Of a stretch of 64,000 nt of DNA, positions 38,891 through 49,989 are shown piece after piece. The notes below the pieces were generated by a model. The model saw only the letters and a program-made list of their open reading frames with translations. It did no database searches and had not been told where the DNA came from. The stretch spans positions 65,782,001 to 65,846,000 of the forward strand of contig OX597820.1 in assembly GCA_951406725.2 (NCBI GenBank). Reading direction: 5' to 3'. This DNA comes from Octopus vulgaris. Its lineage: Eukaryota. The stretch's first letter is position 1. Every line of letters begins with the position of its first letter. Both the position numbers and the translations under genes were made by a program.

Positions 38891-39412
38891 ACTGCAGCCA
38901 TGCTGGAGCATCGCCTTTAGTTGAGCAAATTGATCACAGTACTTATTCTTTGTAAGCCTTGTACTTATTCTATCCGTCTATTTTGCCGAGCCGCTAAGTT
39001 ATGGAGACGTAAACACACTAGCATCGGTTGTCAAGCGATGTTGGGGACAAACACAGGCACAAACATATACACACACATACATAAGTTCCTTGGGTTTGAG
39101 TCTATGTTTTCGTTCCTCATTGTGTTCGACGTTTTTTTTGTCCTGTACTCATATATGCCTGTATATATACATGTAGAGGAAGGTACGTACATATATGTTT
39201 ATATATATGCATATGTTTTATTTATTAATATATATATATATATACATATATACGACAGGGCTTCTTTCAGTTTCCGTCTACCAAATCCACTCACAAGGCT
39301 TTGACCGGCCCGAGTCTATAGTAGAAGACACTTGCCCAAGGTGCCACGCAGTGGGACTGAGCCCGGAACCAAGCGGTTCGTAAACAACCTACTTACCACA
39401 CAGCCACTCCTA
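38888..39412 (-). mobile_element. SINE family B with a roughly 150-bp insertion in its internal microsatellite
   Basis: 3' half 38888-39080 and 5' half 39250-39412 match 4230-4634; unrelated sequence at about 39085-39230. Confidence 0.8.
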
Positions 39413-39814
39413 TTGAATATATATACACACGCATGTACATATATATATATGTGAGTGTACATATACATATATATGTATTTATACATATATATATATGTAT
39501 GCATGTATATATATGGGAGGGCCGTTTGTTATGTGTCTATATACGCATAGGTACATATGTACAGGTATGTATGTTTGGATGTGTGCTTAATGGTCTTTAG
39601 TAGTGTGCCTATAATGTATGTGTGTATCGGAAAATATATGTGCGTGTGCTGGTATTTTATTTAGTGTCCTGTTCGATATGTATACACATGTATACATAAA
39701 TCTGAATGATTGTGTTTGAAAATGCTATTTATAGCGTATGTATTTTTTGTATAGAAATGTATAAAATTATGTATAACACTATTTGTGTATATTGCCTTTT
39801 AATTATTTTCTGCT

Positions 39815-40690
39815 CTAGATCGACCCGACTCCGCAGCTGATACTTAATTTATCAACCCTGAAAGGATGAAAGGCAAAATTGACCTCGGCGAAATTTTAAC
39901 TCAAAACAACGCTTTCTACATTAGGCACAAGCCCTTAAATTCGTGGGGAGGGGATTAGTCGATCACATCGACCCCAGTGTTTCACTAGTACTTATTTTAT
40001 CGACCCCGGAAGGATGAAAGGCAAAGTCGATCTCGGCAGAATTCGAACTCAGAATGTAAAGACCGCTAAGCATTTCGCCCGGCGTGCTAACGTTTCTGCT
40101 AGCTCGCTGCCCTAAGTCCATCATAAATATTTATTTCTTTATTGCCCACAGAAAGCTAAACACAGAGAGGACAAACAAAGACAGACAAACGGATTAAGTC
40201 GATTACATCGACCTCACTGCGTAACTGATACTTATCTAATCAATGTCGACTTTGCCTTTCATCCTTTCGGGATGAAAGTCAACGTCGACCTCAGAGGAAT
40301 TTGAACTCAAAACGTAACAGCAGAAGAAATACCGCTAAGCCCTTCGTCCGGCGTGCCAAAGTTTCTGCGAGCTCGCCGCCCTAAAACCATCACAAACATT
40401 CTTTTCTACTCTAGGCACAAGGTCCGAAAGTTTTTGGGGGAGGACCAGTCGATTAGATCAACCCTACTACGCAACTGGTACTTAATTTATCGACCTCGAA
40501 CAGATAAAAGGAAAAATTCGACCTCGGCGGAATAACCAACACAAATATTTTTTCTACACTAGGCACAAGGCCCGAAATTTTGGAGGAGGGAGCCAATTGA
40601 TTATATCGACCCCAGTACACAACTGGTACTTAATTTATCAACCCCGAAAGGATGAAAGGCAAAGTCGACCTCGACGGAATAACCATCACA
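39815..40690 (-). mobile_element. Cluster of about five head-to-tail SINE family A copies and fragments
   Basis: Repeated tacttaatttatc...aaaggatgaaaggcaaagtcgacctcgg with both tail types. Confidence 0.85.
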
Positions 40691-41119
40691 AATATTGAGC
40701 CACTTTGCAAGTAACCTCCCGCCAGTCACGACTCTACGACTACAATTGTTTTTTTTTCTTCTTTCTTTCTTTTTTTTTTGTTTCTTGATAAAGATTATTT
40801 GGCAGTTTCCAGCGTTTCTTATGATCAACCAGCCATTTCTTCACCAATTCCAGACTTTCTTCCGCCATAAAATTTTCTAACCTAATATTAAACTGTTGTA
40901 TAAGCTGGATGTTATGCGAAATTATATTTATTTATTTATCATGTATTTGCGTAAGTACAGAATACTTGGTAATGCTTCTATATTCTACAGCTTCCATTTA
41001 AATCTGTAAAAGCATCAATTTAAAAGAAATTTTCTCCTAATATTCATATTCATATTATATATATATATATATATGAATATCAAGCATCCACAATAAAAAG
41101 GTTACGATATATATACATT

Positions 41120-41170
<51 letters not shown>

Positions 41171-41298
41171 TATTGAAAAGGTTGCAAGATGCAACGAAAG
41201 TTTTAGAAAAATATTTTTATAATCTGGAAATTTCACCGGTGAGTGTGTTAAATTGCAAAGCACCAAAAGAGAATGACTCTCCCTAGACACAAGAGAAT

Positions 41299-41330
<32 letters not shown>

Positions 41331-41538
41331 ACATATATATATATATATATGAATATATACATATATATATGAACACACACACACACACAGATATATATTT
41401 ATATATATATATATATATAATAGTCTACATCCACTATAAAAATGTTACGATACTAATTCAGTTACATCGGGTACGTGTATATATGTATCTATATATTTAT
41501 CTGCACGCACGCATATAACCTCTCTCTCTCTTTCTTTA

Positions 41539-41599
<61 letters not shown>

Positions 41600-41981
41600 G
41601 AAACACATCTGTATTTGTGCTAGTATGCACGTTCGGGTTACGTATTGATGTTGTTTTCTTAGAATTCTATTATGTGTAGATTCACATAGATTCCGTGTTC
41701 ATGATTTCATGTATTTATGTATATATTCGTGCATGCGTATGATTTTTATACGCGTACATAAATACATACACACGAAGACATACACACACACACATAGGGA
41801 GAGATTCATACATATATACATATATAACTAATACATCTGTTTGTTTTGTACACCGCTTGTCTTCGTCGTTTGTTTTTTTCGTGAACTCTCCCTATATATA
41901 TACCTATTTCTTTATTACCCACAAGGGGCTAAACACGGCGTGCTAACGTTTCTGCCAGCTCGCCGCCTTTTATATATAAAC

Positions 41982-42017
<36 letters not shown>

Positions 42018-42631
42018 ACACGCTCCCTATATATATATATACCACACGCTCACGTGGTCGCACATGTTGATCCTATCTTTTCTTACCACTACGAACTTCT
42101 CCACTGGACTCTTTAGCTACTCTTTATCTACCATTTACGGATTCGTTTGGATATTTACCCTCCGGCTGAACCTCTCCTACACACGGATCACAGAGTTCTA
42201 TGCACTTGATGAGAAATCCTTGCAATACACCACGACGTCTAAAAAACCTTTGAACGTTACGTAAAACTGTTATTATTGTCATTACTTTATTTTTATATTT
42301 ATTTTTATGCTTTCTACTTTCCTTGTTTTTTCCGTGTCCCTTTCTGTAGAAGAGCGTAGGCTCGAAACGTAAAATACTTTTTCTGGACCTGGAAAAGTGC
42401 TTCACAGCATTTCATCCGATCTACATGAAACCCATTAGCACATTTCCTAATTTATAAGACAAGGGATGTGGCTGTTATTTTTTGCAGATCGAGTGACTAC
42501 CTACACCAGTGGTTCTCAACTAAGGTTCATATGGCCCTTGGGGGCCCAGAGAAGATATTGCCTTTAAAATTTATCAGCAATAACTTGGTTATACTTTTAC
42601 AATACATAAATTATTTTAACAAGTTTTATAT

Positions 42632-42883
42632 AGTAAAGTTTATTTGCCAACATAACATGACAGTCCTGGTTTAGGACGAATGTTGCTGTAATTTAGCCCC
42701 AGGTGACATCGTCTCCAGTTGGCTATATGGCACGATCTGTGTCCTTAAATTTTCGAACAAGAGAATCTATCATCCCCATTCAGCTCAGAATAATATCTGT
42801 GTATCGCGATTTCCGGGGCTAAATTACAGCAACTTCCATCCTAAACCAGGACTGCCATATTATGTTGGCAAATAATCTTTACT
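42632..42883. mobile_element. MITE with about 68-bp TIRs (nested)
   Basis: agtaaagtttatttgccaacataacatgacagtcctggtttaggacgaatgttgctgtaatttagcccc vs ggggctaaattacagcaacttccatcctaaaccaggactgccatattatgttggcaaataatctttact. Confidence 0.85.
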
Positions 42884-43004
42884 CCAAAGTACTGTTGCTG
42901 AATATCTCTCCTTGTGAGATTTACAAATAGTAATTTTCGAAGTTTTATGTAGTTCCTAATTGTATTTTTTAAAATATTGAATGGCTATGGGGACCCAGCA
43001 TTAA

Positions 43005-43227
43005 CCCTTTAGCGTTTAAACCGGCCTCATCAAGCCCAAATAGTCTAAATATGTTTTATGTTCAAACAAGGCGGATCTGGTCTCTCACATCTGCTCTACA
43101 ACTTCCACTCTAAAACTAAACAATAACATCATTGAAGTCTGAAAGCTATAAGATAATACATGGTTAATTTAAAACTCTGCGAATAAATAAGCATTACATT
43201 TGATAAAATAATCTGAATGCTAATGGA
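43005..43227. mobile_element. piggyBac-like MITE (nested)
   Basis: TTAA|CCCTTTAGCGTTTA ... TGAATGCTAATGGA|TTAA; degenerate 14-bp TIR with TTAA TSD. Confidence 0.65.
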
Positions 43228-44214
43228 TTAAAATATTCCAGAGACAAAACTAGTTGAGAAACACTGCCCAAGGTTGCCCTGTTGGTGTATTTAATTCAGG
43301 ATATATTTCACCGATGAGATCTATAAAGCACGTCAAATGCCGTGATCAACCTCCCTTTTTACCAGAACTACATGATCCAGCGTATCACTTCCTTTGCAAG
43401 ATATTATATGAAGGAGATTTGCTTGCTATTTCCTAGATAGAGTGAACTTGTAGAGATCCTTGTTAGCTCTTAATGTATGTGTGCAAGAAAGAGAGAGAGA
43501 GAGAGAAGAAATTTACAAATGGTTGCACGTGTAACAGGTGCAATGGTAGAAATGAGTGTTAGTGGAAGTAACAGGAAACGGTGACACGTGAAGGGTGACT
43601 GTGAGGTGAGGTATGAGTAATTCGTAAGAAGTGGCAGGTGAGTAGAAGTGTGAGTGAAGACTAAGACTTGAGAGGCGACACTTACAGCAAGGTGAGGTGT
43701 GAGTAGATAATTGACACTACACTGTTTAACGTCAGGTGAACAATGAATAACAGATGATGTTTATATAAACTCAGGATGAGTAATGCGGTGGTATGAGAGG
43801 CTGTGTGCATTTGTGCCTGTCTGTGTGAGTTTGTGTGATTGTGTGTCTGTGTGTGTGTGTGTGTGTGTAAGAATCAGAACTGATGGCTCTAAGCACAAGC
43901 CTTGACAATGGTGCTCCTTTAAATCCTTCTATTGTTAAACTGACAAGATATTAAGGCATAATAAGTGCTGAATGTGAAATAATAAATTACAAATTCATTT
44001 AAACCAGGCCCTAAACTATGCTGACTATAACAACCTGTTATTTAAATTTGATTTATTCAACACTGAATGGCAATAAACATGTAATAAGTTGTCAGATAAA
44101 TTCGTTCGCTTTTTTTTTTTTTTTTTGCAAATGGTAGAGGTCTTTTATTAAATATTTCCGACTCTTTTGAATTAACACCAAAACTATATTATCTCGCGAA
44201 AATATCATTTAGAG

Positions 44215-44892
44215 TAGCAGGCATGGCTATGTGCTTAGTAGCTTGCTTACCAACCACATGTTTCCGGGTTCAGTCCCACTGCGTGCCCACCTTGTGCATG
44301 TGTCTTTTACTATAGCCTCGGGCCGACTAAAGCCTTGTGAGTGGATTTAGCTGAAGGAAACTCAAAGAAGCCCATCATATATATTTATGCAAATATCCGT
44401 GTGTGTCATTGTGTTTGTCCTCTACCATGTGACTACCGCGTGTTATTTTGTTTATGTCCCTCTATTTGCGGTTCGGCAAAAAGTGATGAAAGAATAACTA
44501 CTCAGCATAAAAGTCATGAATACTAAGGACCATTTGTTCGACTCACTGTACAATTACAAGGTTTCGGTTTCGGTTTCGGTCCCACTGAGCTTCTTCTACT
44601 ATAGCCCCGGATCTACCAATGCTTTGTGAGTACATTTGGTAGACAGAAGTTGTAGAAGATTCCGTTGTATATGTGTATCTTCGTGTTTGCGTTTGTGTCG
44701 ATCCATCCCCACCGCTTGACAACCGGTGTTTGCTTGTTTATGTCTCTGTAAATAAGCAGTTTGGCAACAAAAAAAAAATAGAATTTAGTATTTAAAAATA
44801 AGTACTGGAATCGATTTGCTCGACTAAATCACTTTTAGTTGTGCTTGGCATGGCCACAATGCCACAACTGAAACGAATAAAAGATAAAAGAC
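44215..44892 (+). mobile_element. Two tandem degenerate family B SINEs
   Basis: gcaggcatggctatgtg...gggttcagtcccactgcgtg (44217 onward) and a second copy ggtcccactg...ctgaaacgaataaaagataaaag ending near 44890. Confidence 0.75.
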
Positions 44893-44909
44893 AATAATTT
44901 AATGCCCAC

Positions 44910-45175
44910 GGGCATATGGTGTAGGGGCTAAGGGCACGGGCTACTAACCCCAAGATTCCGAGTTCGATTCCATGCAGTGACCTAAACAACAACAACAACA
45001 ATAATAATAATAACAACAACAACAACATCGAAAATACCTTAGGAATGAGAACCCAGGTTCGAAATTTCCCCAAGACACATGAAGAAGGCTGGAGGGTATA
45101 TCAGCCAAAACGTTGCGCTAACAACAAACAAGATGAGGACAAATACCCGTCGAATGTAAATAATGTAAATAACAT
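44910..45175 (+). mobile_element. tRNA-headed SINE-like element with hammerhead-like 3' module
   Basis: A box tggtgtagggg, B box gagttcgattcc, (CAA/TAA)n linker, then two decayed hammerhead folds (aatga-gaacc/ggttc-gaaa; atgaaga-ggctg/cagcc-aaaacgtt) and a (tgtaaataa)2 tail. Confidence 0.55.
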
Positions 45176-45259
45176 AAGGTGTTCTATTGTAATCTATTTC
45201 AAAATTTTTTGTATCACACCCCTATGATTAAATTTAGGTGGGTTTATTCTTGGATAATA

Positions 45260-45555
45260 AACTTTTAACGGCAAGATCTTTACAGTTCCTAATAAGCAGT
45301 TCAGATGCATATCTTCTATGGGCTTTTTCAGTCCAAACTTTTGTGTCCACCTCTTGTGTCCACTTCTTCCCCGTAATTCCTAAACCAGCAATGACCATTG
45401 GTACGACCTCACTTTTTCTACAACCCTTTCTTTATTCTTATATAAAATAGACAGAACAGATCAATTATGTAGCAAATATGTTCCTTCTTCTCAGACACCA
45501 TGATATCTGGTCTGTTACGCTCTAGGACATGATGCGTTTGGATAGGGAAGTCTTT
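45260..45555 (-). pseudogene. Third, highly decayed R4/Dong-type REL fragment
   Basis: Minus translation DFPIQTHHVLERNRPDIMVSEKKEHICYIIDL / EVVPMVIAGLG / CLLGTVKIL parallels the 24547 copy. Confidence 0.65.
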
Positions 45556-45574
45556 AAGAAGTTTATTGCTATTG

Positions 45575-45878
45575 GAGGAGACATCCTTCGGTCATGATTG
45601 ACCATGGGATTGCACCTAGAAAGTTACTCACCGAAGCACAAGTCCGAGCAAGGTAGTTTATGGAAGAACAGCAGTCGCCCATACATACCAGCCTCCAAGG
45701 AAAAGGCAAAAGCTGACACAGCTTGGCACCTGCGACGTCACAACTCATTTCTACAACTGAGTGAGCTGGAGCAACGTGAAGTATAGTGTCTTGCTCAAGA
45801 ACACAACACACAGCCCGGTCCGGGAAACGAACTCACAACCTCCCGATCGTAAGCTAGACGCTCTAACCACTGAGCCAT
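45575..45878 (-). mobile_element. SINE family C
   Basis: Colinear with 19645-19973. Confidence 0.85.
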
Positions 45879-45920
45879 ATACCTATTATTATTATTTTTT
45901 ATTTTTATTTTTATTATGTA

Positions 45921-46325
45921 GGCAGCGAGCTAGCAGAATCGTTTGCACGCCGGGTAAAATACTTAGCGGCATTTCTCCACGTCCTCACGTTTTGAGTTCA
46001 AATTCCACCGATGTCGACTTTGCCTTCCATACTTTCGAGGTCGAGAAATTAAGTACCACTTACACACTGGGGGTCGATGTAATCGACTAGCCCCTTCCCC
46101 ACAAATTTCAGGCCTTGTGACTATAGTAGAAAATATTATTATGTAGGCGGCGAACTGGCAGAGTTGTTAACACGCCGAGCAAAATGCTTAGCCCGAGGTC
46201 GATTTTACTTTTCATCCTTTCGAAATTAAAAAATTAATACCAGTTATGCAATGGGGTCGACGTAATCGACTACCCCCTTCTTCCAAAATTTCAGGCTTTC
46301 TGCCTACAATAGAAAGGGCTATTAT
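45921..46325 (+). mobile_element. Two tandem SINE family A copies (tail type 2)
   Basis: ggcagcgagctagcagaatcg...ggccttgtgactatagtagaaaatattatt, repeated from 46146. Confidence 0.85.
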
Positions 46326-46460
46326 TTTTTCTTCACCTCTCAGAAGTTAACATACACGCAGTGGCTACATCAAAACAGGACATCACGTATTTGTATAAGT
46401 GATTTCCAATTTGAATATATTCCAAAGTTTCAAATTACACCATTAACCCCTTCATTAACG

Positions 46461-46779
46461 GAGACCCCCTTCGGTCACGAATGCCAATGGGATTGCACCT
46501 AGAAAGTTACCCTCCGAGGAACAAGTCCGGGCAAGGTTGTTTATGGAAGACCAGCAGTCGCCCATGCATACCGGCCTCCCCTCTCCACGCCACCAGTGTT
46601 ATCCAAGAGGAAAGGCAAAGGCCGATACAGCTTGGCATCTGTGACGTCGCAACTCATTTCTACAACTGAGTGAACTGGAGCAACGTGAAATAAAGTATCT
46701 TGCTCAGCCGGTCGGGGATTCGAACTCACAACCTCACGGATGTAAGTTCGACGCTCTAACCACTGAGTCATGCGCCTTC
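46461..46779 (-). mobile_element. SINE family C
   Basis: Colinear with 19645-19973. Confidence 0.85.
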
Positions 46780-47518
46780 ATACCATAATAATATTAACAA
46801 CAAAATTATAATCGTTGTTGCTGACGTCAAGAATTTTCTTGTGTGGATATTTGTGGGTATGTACATGTATACACGTATGTAAGTATATAATTGTGTGTAT
46901 GAGGTATGTGTGTGTATGTGCATATGCATGTACGTTTGAACGTAAGTATGTATATAATTGTGTGTGTGTATGTATGTATGTATGTATGTATGTATGGTTG
47001 TATGAATGTATGTATGCTTTTATGTATATAATTGCATGCTTGTGTGTATAGATATGTATATATGTATGTTTGTATGTATGCAAGCATGCATGTATGCATG
47101 TGTGTGTATGTGTATGTATGTATACATGAATGCATGCATGTATGTATGTCTACATGCATGTATGTATGTATGTGTGCATGTGTGTATATATATATGTACA
47201 TCTGTATGTATGTATGTATCTATGTATGCGTGTGTATCTGTATGTGTATAATATGTGTATGCATGCATGCATATAACAGTGTGTATCATTATGTGCATTT
47301 TAGATGCACCATTTGCTCCATGGCGAATCTAACATTAAGAATATTTCTGTTCTTCGGTCCTCCATTCCCCTTGGTGCCATTAATACGTGCTTAGTTTGCC
47401 AAACTGTTAATCCAGATATGGTATGTACGTACACACACACACACACGCATACATGCACAGACATACATACACAAGCATATATGCACAAGCATGCATTCAT
47501 CTATATATATATTTATGG

Positions 47519-47552
<34 letters not shown>

Positions 47553-47567
47553 GTGTGTATGTATATA

Positions 47568-47618
<51 letters not shown>

Positions 47619-48896
47619 GTGTGTATGTATATATAAATGATTGTGTGTGTGTATGTGTGTGGAATTTGGGGTGTATCCCTTTGGTTTCTCTGTCTATGAT
47701 TGTTTGTTTATTTATTCCAATTATATTATTAAGAAATTACATGCGAGAGTTACAAAACTCGGTATGTTCTCCTACTCTTTTTCATTCTTAGAATTCTTCT
47801 TTTAACAATGAAATACAAACTACTTCGCTGGAATTTAAATAACAATTACAGTAAAGTGTTTCACGCTAAACTTGCATCTTCCCACTCTTTTGCTTTTAGA
47901 GATTGAATATGCATCGTATGTAGTTTGTTTGTCGCTTGCTTTTGTCTGGCAACCATACAAGTTCAAGAGACTTCAAGAGACTTACTTGGTAATGTTATTA
48001 ATTGCATTAAGTGTAAATTTCTATTCTGACTAGGAGGGGAGTTTGTTGTTTTATATATTATGTACATATATATATAAGTAACATTATAGATGTGGGCATA
48101 TGAGCTTATATATAAATAAATTTTAGCTTTAAATTGCATGGCAAATAACCAGTATTTAAAATGCCATGTGTTTTCCCGTTCATAATACTGTACACGTATC
48201 ATTTGGTATATATCTGAAGTTTGGGTATGACACAGAATACATGCAGAAAATGCCAAAAAAAAAGCAAAAAAATAATGAGTCACTGTTTATAAAATATTTA
48301 GTTACAGTATGCTACGTACGTTGCATCAGCAAAAATTATTACTAGTTGTATAATAGAAATTACTTAATCAAAATGTAACTAGTTAAGAGATGCCACAATC
48401 GTGGAGGTATTGTTTACTTTTGTCAATAATAAAACACCCAGGAAATGTTGCATAAAGTTACACATCTCTGAAGATCTTATATATATATTTACGACGATAC
48501 CAAATTCATTCACAAAGCTTTGGTAGGTCCGAAGCGATAGTAAAAGACACTTGCTGAAGGTGCCATGCAAAGTCACTAAACCCGGAACTATGTGGTTAGG
48601 AAGCATGAATCTTACCACAGAGCCACGCCTGCGTCCATAGATATATACAAACACCTTGCCTTCGTAGTTACTCGATCACTGATTAAATCCCAGGAGATCA
48701 TTGAAACTAGACCGACTAATTCTCTAATTTTTGGTCAATAGTGGCTGTGTGGTAAGTAGCTTGCTAACCAGCCACATGGTTCCGAGTTCAGTCCCACTGC
48801 GTGGTACTTTGGGCAAGTGTCTTCTACTATATCCCCGGGCCGACCAATGCCTTGTGAGTGGATTTGGTAGACGGAAACTGAAAGAAGCCTGTCGTA

Positions 48897-48938
<42 letters not shown>

Positions 48939-49032
48939 ATTCACCCACTAGAAATAACAGCCAAAAGCTTCAACCGCAAAATAACATCAATTCCGTAAAC
49001 CAGGAGAAAATTAAAAAAACATTTACCCTGTA

Positions 49033-49139
49033 ATTTCTTATACGATGCACCGTTTCGTCTACTGTTTAATGGTAAACTAACCTGATTAAATTAAATCAAG
49101 CCAATCTACCATAGGCCCTTAGATTCATCAGTAAGAAAT
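49033..49139 (-). ncRNA. Type I hammerhead ribozyme (inverted copy)
   Basis: Reverse complement of 49883-49989. Confidence 0.8.
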
Positions 49140-49882
49140 AGCCAAGTCGGAACAGATATTTTTCACGAGGCATTCCCGTCCCTGCCTCGGCAATATCTGA
49201 CCTAAAATTTTCAAATCATCGCACTCGCGCCAAATTTATCGGCAGCAAATAAATATAAGCCGCCGATTCCATTACGGAATTAACCAGAAAATTCATAATT
49301 AATCAATATAGGGTGGCAAAAAAATTTTGTAGAATTTTATTTGCCACCAGCGGCCTAGTGGGAAAAAAATTAAATAGTCATAAACCATTTTTAAGTTCAA
49401 CATCACAATCAAGGCCTATGGTAGATTGGCTTGATTTAATTTAATCAGGTTAGTTTACCATTAAACAGTAGACGAAACGGTGCATCGTATAAGAAATTAC
49501 AGGGTAAATGTTTTTTTAATTTTCTCCTGGTTTACGGAATTGATGTTATTTTGCGGTTGAAGCTTTTGGCTGTTATTTCTAGTGGGTGAATGGCCTATTA
49601 TGGCCGTTCCTTGATTGTGATGTTGAACTTAAAAATGGTTTATGACTATTTAATTTTTTCCCACTAGGCCGCTGGTGGCAAATAAAATTCTACAAAATTT
49701 TTTTGCCACCCTATATTGATTAATTATGAATTTTCTGGTTAATTCCGTAATGGAATCGGCGGCTTATATTTATTTGCTGCCGATAAATTTGGCGCGAGTG
49801 CGATGATTTGAAAATTTTAGGTCAGATATTGCCGAGGCAGGGACGGGAATGCCTCGTGAAAAATATCTGTTCCGACTTGGCT

Positions 49883-49989
49883 ATTTCTTACTGATGAATC
49901 TAAGGGCCTATGGTAGATTGGCTTGATTTAATTTAATCAGGTTAGTTTACCATTAAACAGTAGACGAAACGGTGCATCGTATAAGAAAT
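49883..49989 (+). ncRNA. Type I hammerhead ribozyme with extended stem II
   Basis: Stem I ATTTCTTA (49883-90) / TAAGAAAT (49982-89); CTGATGA 49891-97; stem II aTCTA/TAGAc enclosing a 19-bp G-U-rich hairpin; GAAA 49966-69; near-palindromic stem III ACGGTGCATCGT; GUA triplet 49979-81. Confidence 0.82.

Larger units (their letters stand above)
42507..43266. mobile_element. hAT-type MITE carrying two nested MITEs
   Basis: TIRs CAGTGGTTCTCAACTA / TAGTTGAGAAACACTG; TSD not recognisable. Confidence 0.7.

Noticed and set aside
47304-47420. Possible 117-nt exon (tttag...ATG|gtatgt); also 3289-3345 and a minus-strand candidate near 63110-63258
   Set aside because: Splice-like signals only; the peptides are unrecognisable or all frames are closed. 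Cannot be supported without RNA-seq.
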